The position numbers and the translations under genes are program-made. Shown piece by piece: positions 50,764 to 59,287 of a stretch of DNA of 64,000 nucleotides. The DNA comes from an uncultured Candidatus Saccharibacteria bacterium (GTDB taxonomy: Bacteria > Patescibacteriota > Minisyncoccia > Phycocordibacterales > PALSA-1337), in NCBI GenBank assembly GCA_964412585.1, contig CAYPPJ010000001.1, positions 149,334-213,333 of the forward strand, in the 5' to 3' direction. The notes beneath the pieces are model-generated. The model did not search any database. It was given only the letters and a program-made list of their open reading frames with translations, and was not told where the DNA came from. Every line of letters starts with the position of its first letter. The stretch's first letter is position 1.

Positions 50764-51393
50764 TTATGACTTCTTTTCAACCTTTGCTGCCTTGGGAGCT
50801 TTTTCCTCCTTTTGTTCAGCGGTTGCCTTCTCTTTTTTCACTGGCTTTGCTTCTTTCTTTTCCTTTACTACCTTCTCCTTCTTTTCAACTGGAGCAGCCT
50901 TGTCGCTGTCATGATATGGACCCTTGTTCTTTGGGACAGCGCGTGAAGCGAGAGCTATGATGGATCCACCTGCTTTCTCAATCTTTTCTTTTGCTGAACC
51001 TGAAATAGCACATCCTGATACTTTGAATGCCTTGGTAACATCACCGTCACCAAGAATCTTTATAAATGGAATAGTGCCTGAAATCGTCGAAACAATACCC
51101 TTTTCAATAAGAGTCGTCGGGGTAACTGCTTCGTTTGCTGAAAAATGAGCCTCGAGTGCAGCGGTGTTGATGACAACTGATACATCACTGACTGGCTTGT
51201 TCTGGTTGACGCCACGGCCACGCAACTTTGGGAGCTTCTTGATGATATCTCTCCACTCTGGACGGCGCTTGTTACCGGCGCGAGCTGACTGACCCTTGCC
51301 TCCACGACCAGAAGTCTTGCCACGCTTGCCACCACGCGCAACGATCATACGCTTCGTGTTTGGGACATTTCGTTGTACTTGATGGAATTGCAT
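50764..51393 (-). CDS. rplO: 50S ribosomal protein L15 with a Lys/Glu-rich C-terminal tail
   Basis: GKTSGRGGKGQSARAG, KILGDG, SAKEKIEKAGG. Confidence 0.95.
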   Translation of the reverse strand: MQFHQVQRNVPNTKRMIVARGGKRGKTSGRGGKGQSARAGNKRRPEWRDIIKKLPKLRGRGVNQNKPVSDVSVVINTAALEAHFSANEAVTPTTLIEKGIVSTISGTIPFIKILGDGDVTKAFKVSGCAISGSAKEKIEKAGGSIIALASRAVPKNKGPYHDSDKAAPVEKKEKVVKEKKEAKPVKKEKATAEQKEEKAPKAAKVEKKS

Positions 51394-51416
51394 AATAGTA
51401 AATTAAAATATTCGTA

Positions 51417-52121
51417 TTATTTCTTTGCGACCAATGAGGCGCGGCTGACTTTGCTGAGCTTCTTCAATGCCTCGATAGCTACCTTCGCATTGTTGAGACG
51501 GTTCTTGCTGCCTGAGAGGAACTTTGCACAGACGTCCTTGATACCTGCAAGCTCAATAACTGCACGTGCTGAGCTGCCAGCGACAATACCGCGTCCCCGA
51601 GCGGGGAAAATCATCACGCGTGCACTCGCATACTTTGCTTCGACGGCGTGCGGAATAGTCATCTGCGCCGACAAAGGAACTTTGATGAGGTTCTTCTTGG
51701 CGTCTCGGGTAGCCTTTTCGACTGCTGAAGCAGTATCAATACTCTTGCCCAAGCCGACTCCAACACGACCCTTGTGATCACCAGCAACGACGGCAACACT
51801 GAAGTTCATACGGCGACCTCCTGAGGTCACACGGGTAACGCGGCGAATATCGATGATCTTGCTGTCAAACTCCGGTTTGACACGCTCACGAGGCTCACCA
51901 CGATTGCCACCGCGCGGACCACCGCGGCCTTGAGGACCACTCGATCCGCCACGACGTGCAGTGTCACCACGCATCTTTCGTCCTGGAGTAATCTTGTTAG
52001 CAACTGCTGGTACACCTTCGACCGCAGTCTCAGGAGCAGCAACAAGAGAAGCATCGATACCCGTTGAAGGAATCTTTACTTCTGCTACATCTGGAGTTGT
52101 TTTGATATCTTTGGCTGTCAT
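51417..52121 (-). CDS. rpsE: 30S ribosomal protein S5
   Basis: IRRVTRVTSGGRRMNFS, GRVGVGLGK, GIVAGS, ELAGIKD. Confidence 0.96.
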   Translation of the reverse strand: MTAKDIKTTPDVAEVKIPSTGIDASLVAAPETAVEGVPAVANKITPGRKMRGDTARRGGSSGPQGRGGPRGGNRGEPRERVKPEFDSKIIDIRRVTRVTSGGRRMNFSVAVVAGDHKGRVGVGLGKSIDTASAVEKATRDAKKNLIKVPLSAQMTIPHAVEAKYASARVMIFPARGRGIVAGSSARAVIELAGIKDVCAKFLSGSKNRLNNAKVAIEALKKLSKVSRASLVAKK

Positions 52122-52135
52122 GGTAGATAATAAAA

Positions 52136-52486
52136 TTAAAATTCGAGTCCGCCTGCACGCGCTGCATCAGCGACCATCTTGATCTTGCCGGTGTAGATAT
52201 ATCCTCCGCGATCAAAAACAACCTTCGTGATCTTTGCCGCCTTGGCCTTCTTTGCAATCTCTACGCCAACCTCTTGCGCTCGCTCGACCGGTGTCTTGCC
52301 TTTTGACATCTTTGAATCAAATGCGGCGAGCGTATGACCCTTGGTATCATCGATGACTTGCGCATAGATATATTTGTGTGACTTGAAAATAGCCAAACGA
52401 GGACGTTCTGCGGTACCAAAAATCTTGGCGCGGATGCGGGTCTTCCTGCGTGCGAATATTGCTTGTTTTTTCTGGAGGGTATTCAT
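52136..52486 (-). CDS. rplR: 50S ribosomal protein L18
   Basis: GTAERPRL, VVFDRGGYIYTG, ARAGGLEF. Confidence 0.97.
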   Translation of the reverse strand: MNTLQKKQAIFARRKTRIRAKIFGTAERPRLAIFKSHKYIYAQVIDDTKGHTLAAFDSKMSKGKTPVERAQEVGVEIAKKAKAAKITKVVFDRGGYIYTGKIKMVADAARAGGLEF

Positions 52487-52500
52487 GATAGGAAATGTGA

Positions 52501-53034
52501 TTATGCTGCCTTCTTACCCTGCTTGCGGCGGATGACTTCGTCAATATAACGAATACCCTTGCCGAGATATGGTTCAGGCTTCTTTGTAGCACGGACAACT
52601 GCCGCAAACTGACCAACTGACTCGCAATCAATGCCTGACACAATCACCGTGTTCTTGTCGGTTGTAACTTTGAGATCTTTTGGAATAGGCAACGTGACAG
52701 GATGAGAAAAGCCGACAGCAAGTACGAGATTGGTCCCTTTGACGTCCGCCTTGTAACCAATACCTTCGACAATCAAACGCTTTTCGTATGCCTTGTTGAC
52801 GCCAGCAATCATGTTCTTGATATGAGAAGCGTACGTACCCCAGAGTGCACGTGCCTGAAGTGTATTGCTATTCAGGGTGAGTGTAATAGCACCATTTTCG
52901 ACTACAACATTGACGTAAGGACGAAATGTCTTGCTCAAAGAACCCAACGGGCCCTTGATGGTCATAACACCGCCAGAAAACGAAGCTTCTGTTTTCGCTG
53001 GGATCATTATTGGTTTCTTTGCAATGCGTGACAT
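52501..53034 (-). CDS. rplF: 50S ribosomal protein L6
   Basis: MSRIAKKP, GFSHP, PEPYLGKGIRY. Confidence 0.97.
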   Translation of the reverse strand: MSRIAKKPIMIPAKTEASFSGGVMTIKGPLGSLSKTFRPYVNVVVENGAITLTLNSNTLQARALWGTYASHIKNMIAGVNKAYEKRLIVEGIGYKADVKGTNLVLAVGFSHPVTLPIPKDLKVTTDKNTVIVSGIDCESVGQFAAVVRATKKPEPYLGKGIRYIDEVIRRKQGKKAA

Positions 53035-53049
53035 GATAGTTATATGAAA

Positions 53050-53436
53050 TTACCAAATACGGAACAATACTTCCCCGCCAACCTTGAGCTTCTTTGCGTC
53101 CATATCAGCCAAAATGCCTTTTGGTGTTGAAAGGAAGGTGGTACCGAAGCCGCTGCGGAATACGCGGATATCACTGGCCTTTTGATACATGCGACGTGAT
53201 GTTTTTGAAATACGCTCAACACCATTGATACGAGCGACACCGTCAACGTAGACAATGCCGAGGAGCAGTTCACGAGTATCTTTGTTCTTTTCGACGCTGG
53301 TCAAGTAGCCACTTTTCTTGAGGGCATGAGCAATGTTTTCCACAAGCTTTGTTGCAGGAACAGCAACAGATGCCTTGCTTGCGTCGCTTGCATTCTTGAT
53401 GCGAATGATGAGGTTTGAAATAGGGTCGGTTACCAT
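53050..53436 (-). CDS. rpsH: 30S ribosomal protein S8
   Basis: TDPISNLIIRIKNA, STPKGI, GGEVL. Confidence 0.97.
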   Translation of the reverse strand: MVTDPISNLIIRIKNASDASKASVAVPATKLVENIAHALKKSGYLTSVEKNKDTRELLLGIVYVDGVARINGVERISKTSRRMYQKASDIRVFRSGFGTTFLSTPKGILADMDAKKLKVGGEVLFRIW

Positions 53437-53615
53437 GATGATTTCTTTATACCAGGGATAACGCCTTCGTTGGCGAATTCACGGAAACAAATACGGCAGA
53501 GATCAAAATCTCGCATATAGCCATGCTTGCGACCGCAGCGGAAACAACGTCGAACGACGCGCGACTTGAATTTCGGCTTCTTTTGGGATCGTACGATGAC
53601 TGATGTTTTTGCCAT
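53430..53615 (-). CDS. rpsN: 30S ribosomal protein S14 type Z
   Basis: RCFRCGR...LCRICFRE...PGIKKSSW. Confidence 0.97.
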   Translation of the reverse strand: MAKTSVIVRSQKKPKFKSRVVRRCFRCGRKHGYMRDFDLCRICFREFANEGVIPGIKKSSW

Positions 53616-53731
53616 ATCTTGGGTGGGCGGTACTTTTTCTCAAAAAAATGAGGACTGGTTAGCTATTTCCTTACGGAATGTGCTTCCAATCGATATTTTG
53701 TATGAAAACCTCTATGAAATAAGGTAGAGCT

Positions 53732-53760
53732 ACTATAGCAAATGGCCTATAGGAAGTCAA
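53732..53760 (-). promoter_or_regulatory. Promoter of the rpsN-rpsH...tsf segment
   Basis: TTGACT-N17-TATAGT with extended TG. Confidence 0.7.
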
Positions 53761-53770
53761 CTATACCTAA

Positions 53771-53798
53771 TTGACACAAATCCCTATAAACGTATAGT
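53771..53798 (+). promoter_or_regulatory. Promoter of the epimerase gene
   Basis: TTGACA-N16-TATAGT. Confidence 0.62.
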
Positions 53799-53890
53799 AA
53801 TCCCAGCTTTTCCCTGATCCTTGATTCATACCCACCTCGAGAAATGGAACAGCTACTCTAACCCCTAACCCGACCGAAAGGAACCTGTTT

Positions 53891-54835
53891 ATGTTCGACA
53901 ACCTTCTCATACATGGTTTGGCACTTGGTGCACAACCAATGTTGGCTGACGAAATTGCTCGCATGACCGAGCGTGCCCTCAACCTCGGCGCCTGTGGCAT
54001 CGAATTGGTGTACTGGCCTGGGCCTGGCAACATTCCCGCGAAAGATGCGGCAAAGGCAATCACCAAGGCCGGCGGCACGCGCGCTTCATTGTGCGCCTTC
54101 CACCCCAAAGGTGATCAGTTTGGTGACCCATTGAGTCCTGACCCGATGACGAAAGATTTAGCCCTTGAGCACCTCAAGGCCGCCATTCGCTATGCTGACA
54201 CCATGCGTCACAACGGCCTCCGCATCTCAACAGTTGATGGTCCACTTGGTTTTGTTCTTGGTGAACAAGGCTATGGCAGTTGTGCCCAAGATCGCCTTGT
54301 GGCGTTCATGCAGGAAGCGGCGGAAACCGCATCCTTGCACGGTATCAACCTGGCGCTTGAGCGGCTGCAAAAATCTGAGGATGGCGTCATCCAAACTGCC
54401 TCAGCGCTGGCACATCTTCTCGACCGTATCAACTGCCCCCACGTCGGAGCGCACGACGACAGCTTCCACGCTGAAAAGAACGGCACCAGCGCAGACGAGT
54501 CAATCCGTACCTTGGGTAAGCACCTCAAGCATTATCATGCCAACGGACTGGGCGAAGATAAATTCAATGACGGCCGTATCCCCTGCGGCTGCCACGAATA
54601 TCGTCTTGAGGATCGGGCGGTCAACGACCGGATCAATTGGCGGAAGGTATCACTGGCATTGGCCGAGTTGCGTCAGCCGGCTGATTCGATATTGATTTGC
54701 CTTGAACCTTTCTGCGAAGCAGCCTGTGTCGCTATCCCTGATCTCCGCACTGGCGTGGTTCCCGTGACCAGTGATGAACAGATTCGTGACTCGATCCGTC
54801 ACTTGATGGAAGTTGGCATGCTCAGACGGGCATAA
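53891..54835 (+). CDS. Sugar isomerase/epimerase TIM barrel (D-psicose/D-tagatose 3-epimerase-like)
   Basis: GIEL, DPLSPD, LALERL, HDDSFH, HYHAN, GRIPCG, INW, CLEPF; metal ligands E/D/H/E appear retained. Confidence 0.8.
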   Translation: MFDNLLIHGLALGAQPMLADEIARMTERALNLGACGIELVYWPGPGNIPAKDAAKAITKAGGTRASLCAFHPKGDQFGDPLSPDPMTKDLALEHLKAAIRYADTMRHNGLRISTVDGPLGFVLGEQGYGSCAQDRLVAFMQEAAETASLHGINLALERLQKSEDGVIQTASALAHLLDRINCPHVGAHDDSFHAEKNGTSADESIRTLGKHLKHYHANGLGEDKFNDGRIPCGCHEYRLEDRAVNDRINWRKVSLALAELRQPADSILICLEPFCEAACVAIPDLRTGVVPVTSDEQIRDSIRHLMEVGMLRRA

Positions 54836-54859
54836 CCAGCGGACGGTATCGAGACAGTA

Positions 54860-54890
54860 TGCCCGGAGAGCGATCTCCGGGCATGTTTAT
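54860..54890. terminator. Bidirectional terminator
   Basis: TGCCCGGAGA-GCGA-TCTCCGGGCA. Confidence 0.78.
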
Positions 54891-56176
54891 TTACGTTTAT
54901 TTATTTTTTGTATCTCCTGCGTTCGCACATCTTTATTCAAGCGTGTATTGGCCTTGATAAGGAGCGTTGCCTCCTTGGCCTGACGCTCAGAATCTACCAG
55001 TGCTGAATATGACTGATCGGCTTCACCATTTTGATCATGAGCATCTGCATCATTGAGCGAATCCTGTGCGCGTTGCAATGACATCTGTGCCTCTTCTGCA
55101 ATACTCTGCTGGATACGTGATGATGTTGCGGTATTTGTTGATGAAGCAATCACCTCATGTACTTGTTTGATGAGCGACTGCAAGCGAGCCTTTTTCTTGA
55201 GATACTCTGGGTTCACCGAAATAGTTCGCTGTCGTGATTTTGTCGAAGCCACAGGAGCCAGCACTGACTCATGGGTATCGGATTTTTGTGTGGTTTCAAC
55301 AGTGACAGTAGAAGCTGTCCATCCTGCCGGTGTTGGTGTCGCCGTGGTAAGTGACGCGCCTGCCATAACTGGTGCCGCAGGTGCTGACATCATTGTTGCA
55401 GACTGAGGTGTGGAAACCACTGGCACAGATGGTGGTTGAACTTTTGTTGCGCGTGCGACAATGACAACATCCTTCGAAGGGTTATTTTTTGCTCGCTCAC
55501 CATTTGAATCTTTTTGAGTATCCTGTTTTTTGGTAGATACGGCAAGGGTTTTTTCAGTGCGGAATTGACCACGATTGATCGCCAATACACTCAGGACACG
55601 TTCATGAGTACTAATACTTGCATCAACGGTAGTATTTATATCTTGCGCTTTGTCAGGTTGGGTTTTCTGAATCTCGGCGACATTGATAGCAAGCTGTGTC
55701 TTTTGAACTTCGACACTCTGCTCAATCTGCCGTTCCTGTGCTTCGGTCAATGTACCACGCGCTGCCAACGTCTCAGCTTCCTGCAAACGCTTTTGCACCA
55801 ACTCAGCATGAATCTCAGCTTTGGCGACCGGTGTCGAGGCAAGTGCAACGCGGACAGGCTCAACAACATTCACCTTGAGCGAATACAATGAGTCGCCCGG
55901 AAGCGCATCACTTGAGGCGCGTACTGCTGAATTCCCCGCCAAAAGTACAATGACAATCACCGCGACTACTGAAACCCAGCGATGCTGTTGAATCCAGATA
56001 TTAAATGAATACACCGTCCACGGGCTTTTTATGCGAACTTTTTTCTCGCCCTTCGTATGTATTGCTGGTGCAACCTGCGAATCCAAGACACGCTTCAGGA
56101 CCATCTGCTTTTCGGTAGATGTCATAGATATCTTTTTGATATCCTGTATTGCTTTGTTGAATCGGGTGTCTTTCAT
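54887..56176 (-). CDS. DUF5667-domain membrane protein, putative anti-sigma factor
   Basis: TM helix then DALPGDSLYSLKVNVVEPV...KRLQEA; overlaps the ECF sigma stop. Confidence 0.8.
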   Translation of the reverse strand: MKDTRFNKAIQDIKKISMTSTEKQMVLKRVLDSQVAPAIHTKGEKKVRIKSPWTVYSFNIWIQQHRWVSVVAVIVIVLLAGNSAVRASSDALPGDSLYSLKVNVVEPVRVALASTPVAKAEIHAELVQKRLQEAETLAARGTLTEAQERQIEQSVEVQKTQLAINVAEIQKTQPDKAQDINTTVDASISTHERVLSVLAINRGQFRTEKTLAVSTKKQDTQKDSNGERAKNNPSKDVVIVARATKVQPPSVPVVSTPQSATMMSAPAAPVMAGASLTTATPTPAGWTASTVTVETTQKSDTHESVLAPVASTKSRQRTISVNPEYLKKKARLQSLIKQVHEVIASSTNTATSSRIQQSIAEEAQMSLQRAQDSLNDADAHDQNGEADQSYSALVDSERQAKEATLLIKANTRLNKDVRTQEIQKINKRK

Positions 56177-56715
56177 TGGGTTGTATCCAGTTCGATGTCG
56201 TATCCAGTTACTTTTCGCAGTTCTTCAATTCCTCTATTTATTCTGACTGACGCTGCATTCGTTGAAATCTTGAGTATCTTGGCAATATCGGGTGGCGATA
56301 ATCCTTCGACGAACCGCAAATACACGGCATCTTTATGTCCTGGACTCAACTGGTTTATCTTGTCGACAAGAAACCGACCCTCACCTTCAAGCCTACTATC
56401 CATGACAGCGGAATCTGAAAGTGGCTCATATGGCTCACCTATCTCCTCACTTTCCATCGCCTCCAGCGAAACTGCCTTCTTTTTGCGATACCAGTCAATA
56501 ATGGCATTTCGTGCAACAGTAAAAATAAATGCGCGCGGATACTCTATGCCCGTGCCTGCCTGGTTCATGGATTGCCACAAGCGAGTAAAAACTTCCTGCG
56601 ACAAATCGAGAGCCTGCTCCCGATCACTCACCCTGAGGTAGCAAAAACGAAAGATGGCATCAGCCTCCTTTGTGTATATATCGGTAAATGTGCCTTGAAT
56701 GTCAGGTTTCGCCAT
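56173..56715 (-). CDS. ECF RNA polymerase sigma factor
   Basis: DLSQEVFTRLW, FIFTVARNAIIDWYRK, LRFVEGLSPPDIAKIL...VRINRG. Confidence 0.93.
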   Translation of the reverse strand: MAKPDIQGTFTDIYTKEADAIFRFCYLRVSDREQALDLSQEVFTRLWQSMNQAGTGIEYPRAFIFTVARNAIIDWYRKKKAVSLEAMESEEIGEPYEPLSDSAVMDSRLEGEGRFLVDKINQLSPGHKDAVYLRFVEGLSPPDIAKILKISTNAASVRINRGIEELRKVTGYDIELDTTQ

Positions 56716-56895
56716 AGAGTAAGACGGAGAAATAGAGGTATTCTTTCTGAACTTCGGGATCCTCTAACATATAGAATATACAACGTATCTGATGCTCTGT
56801 CGATGTAAGCTCCGCGAGAACAGGCCGTCTATACCTAGGCAGGACCTATGAACCTGTACCATCATATCCGTTTACCATTTAATCAATTTATTACT

Positions 56896-57834
56896 ATGAA
56901 AACATCACTTAAACACATCGTTATGACAGCGCTTGCGGTGACTTTGGTCGCAAGCCCGTTTGTCAGCTTTGCCAAGGAGAACGAAAAAAGCCAAAAGAAT
57001 GAGAAAAGTAACAAAGTAGAACGTGTCAAAAAACAAGGAGATGGGAATAGAAACGAGCACAGCGACTCGTCCCGTCTAACTAAAGTAAATACTTCATGTC
57101 TCAAGGCTTACGGTCACTTGATTGCCCCAGGCTGGCTCAAGAAGAATTGGACAAATACTGTTGATGCGAACTGCTGGTTGCCATTTGGCATCGCCAAAAA
57201 GTTTTGCGGCAACAATGCCTCAACTACTCCAGATGTGACCGCACCAGTTATCAGTAATCTCGCGTTCAATCCTGCACTCAAGCAAGCTGAGGTACGCTGG
57301 AGCACTGATGAAAATTCAAACAGCGTTGTCTTCTGGAGTCTTACTTCGACTATTGATACCTCCGACGCCGCAACGAATCGCATTACCAAAGCTGATTACA
57401 CAAAGAACCATCGTGTCATCCTGAGGAATCTTACACCAGATACAACCTATTATGTTATCGTCAAATCAAAGGATGTATCTGGTAACAGTTCCCACTCAAG
57501 TGTAGGTTCATTCAAAACAAAAACACCTACAGCTGATACTCAGGTTCCCGTCATCAGCAACGTGGTTACTCTCATCGGCACCTCTACGATACAGGTAGGT
57601 TGGAAGACACATGAGAACACTACTGATCGCATCTATTATTCAACCATTCTTCCCGTCACGTTGAATGCAAGCACTACGTCGTACGTATCGAATACGACTG
57701 GAGCACAGAACCATGCGCTGACAATATCAAGTCTTTCACCTAACACAACATACTATCTTGTCATCGAATCAACTGATGGCGCAGGTAATGTGACGACATC
57801 AGCAACATTCTCTGCGACAACAGCAGGTATCTAG
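56896..57834 (+). CDS. Secreted protein with two FN3 / purple-acid-phosphatase-N-like domains
   Basis: Signal peptide (ATG 56896); GHLIAPGWLKK; HRVILRNLTPDTTYY and HALTISSLSPNTTYY. Confidence 0.82.
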   Translation: MKTSLKHIVMTALAVTLVASPFVSFAKENEKSQKNEKSNKVERVKKQGDGNRNEHSDSSRLTKVNTSCLKAYGHLIAPGWLKKNWTNTVDANCWLPFGIAKKFCGNNASTTPDVTAPVISNLAFNPALKQAEVRWSTDENSNSVVFWSLTSTIDTSDAATNRITKADYTKNHRVILRNLTPDTTYYVIVKSKDVSGNSSHSSVGSFKTKTPTADTQVPVISNVVTLIGTSTIQVGWKTHENTTDRIYYSTILPVTLNASTTSYVSNTTGAQNHALTISSLSPNTTYYLVIESTDGAGNVTTSATFSATTAGI

Positions 57835-57852
57835 TGCCAGACCGAGTACTTC

Positions 57853-57886
57853 TACAAAAAACGTCCTATTACGGGCGTTTTTTGTA
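57853..57886 (+). terminator. Intrinsic terminator
   Basis: TACAAAAAACGTCC-TATTAC-GGGCGTTTTTTGTA. Confidence 0.78.
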
Positions 57887-57888
57887 TA

Positions 57889-57918
57889 TTGACTAAGTGC
57901 TATAATATGTGGTATAAT
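57889..57918 (+). promoter_or_regulatory. sigma70 promoter
   Basis: TTGACT-N18-TATAAT with extended TG. Confidence 0.65.
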
Positions 57919-57976
57919 ATACAGGTAGTGATGGATTTTTTACAGTCAAATCAACAACAAACCTGGAGAGAAAACA

Positions 57977-59224
57977 ATGAAAAGAATGATCATCGTGGTA
58001 GCACTCATGTTGAGTGTTACCTCCCAAGCAGCCCAGTTGTACCAGCTCGTCGTGCTTGACGACGGCACCAACGAAAGCTGCGCCTACGGCGTAAACAACT
58101 TCGGTTTCAGCGTCGGCTACAAGAAAGTGGCTGGCGTAATGAAGCCCTGTTTGTGGACACCAGCACGTGGGTACCTGGAACTACCGAGAGCCGTGCAGGC
58201 AACAGATCCGCACGGAATTGCTTACGCAATCAATGACAAGTTCAGTGTCGTCGGTACGTACGGTGCCACCAATGTCTCATCCCACCGAATCGACGTGGGA
58301 GCAGTCGTTGGTTGGAATTGGGATGGAGAGATGGGTCAGTTCAGCACCAAAGCTCTTGCCGACGGAATGATTGGCAACTCCCGAGACATCAATTCCAACG
58401 GAGATGCCGCCTGCACAAGGTACGGATACGCGTGGTGTGCGTGTATTGATAACATGTACACCGATGCGGTCCAGTATTCGTGTGCGTTCTCTGGCTCTGC
58501 GTGCTACGGCATCAATGAGCAAGGAAATGCTGTTGGACAGCGGTATTCGTACTACGCCAATGCAAACGTTCCGATTTACTACCGGAAAAATTCCGATGGA
58601 TCCTATGCATCAACCTCGAGTGACGGAATGTTTCTAGACATAGGCAACAGCGCCTGCTATGACATCAACTCGAATAACGTTGCTGTAGGCTCATCGGATC
58701 AGGCTGGCTTCTATTGGGAACCGGACAAATACTCATTGAACATGTTCCCCATTTCTACGCGTTGTTACTCCATAAATAACGCCAGCACGATCGTCGGTAG
58801 TAGCAATGGAGTTGCTTGTATGTGGGAAAAAGGGACAAACGGCTCGTACAAGTGCACCGACTTGAACAAGTTGGCGACGAGTACTATACCAGGAATCGTG
58901 ATGCGGAAGGCGTTCCGGATCAGTGACGCTGGCCAAATCGTCGGCCAGTGCGTAAACACAAACACGGGCGTTCAAAGCGCCTTCATGCTGACGCCCGCCG
59001 TACGTGCACCACGATGCCTCAAGAAGGCCCCGAACAACCAGCTCGAATTCAATTGGCTGGTAACCGAAGGACACACTTATGCGTTTCGTTTCAGCGAAGA
59101 CCTCAAGTCGTGGGTGTCCTATCCCGACTTGTACTACGCCGACACGAGCACAGATGTAAGTGTCTTTTTCTCCATCGATGACATGCCTAAAGCGTTCATC
59201 GACATCGTGGATACGACCCCGTAA
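57977..59224 (+). CDS. Secreted HAF-repeat-like beta-propeller protein with C-terminal FSEDLKSW module
   Basis: Signal peptide; repeats AYGVNNFGFSVG, AYAINDKFSVVG, CYGINEQGNAVG, CYDINSNNVAVG, ISDAGQIVG...AFMLTP. Confidence 0.82.
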   Translation: MKRMIIVVALMLSVTSQAAQLYQLVVLDDGTNESCAYGVNNFGFSVGYKKVAGVMKPCLWTPARGYLELPRAVQATDPHGIAYAINDKFSVVGTYGATNVSSHRIDVGAVVGWNWDGEMGQFSTKALADGMIGNSRDINSNGDAACTRYGYAWCACIDNMYTDAVQYSCAFSGSACYGINEQGNAVGQRYSYYANANVPIYYRKNSDGSYASTSSDGMFLDIGNSACYDINSNNVAVGSSDQAGFYWEPDKYSLNMFPISTRCYSINNASTIVGSSNGVACMWEKGTNGSYKCTDLNKLATSTIPGIVMRKAFRISDAGQIVGQCVNTNTGVQSAFMLTPAVRAPRCLKKAPNNQLEFNWLVTEGHTYAFRFSEDLKSWVSYPDLYYADTSTDVSVFFSIDDMPKAFIDIVDTTP

Positions 59225-59252
59225 GGTCATTCACGATAGTTCACTCACAAAC

Positions 59253-59287
59253 CCGCCGATGGCTATCGCATCGGCGGCGTTTCTTTT
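59253..59287. terminator. Bidirectional terminator
   Basis: CCGCCGATG-GCTATCG-CATCGGCGG followed by a T-rich tract. Confidence 0.75.
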
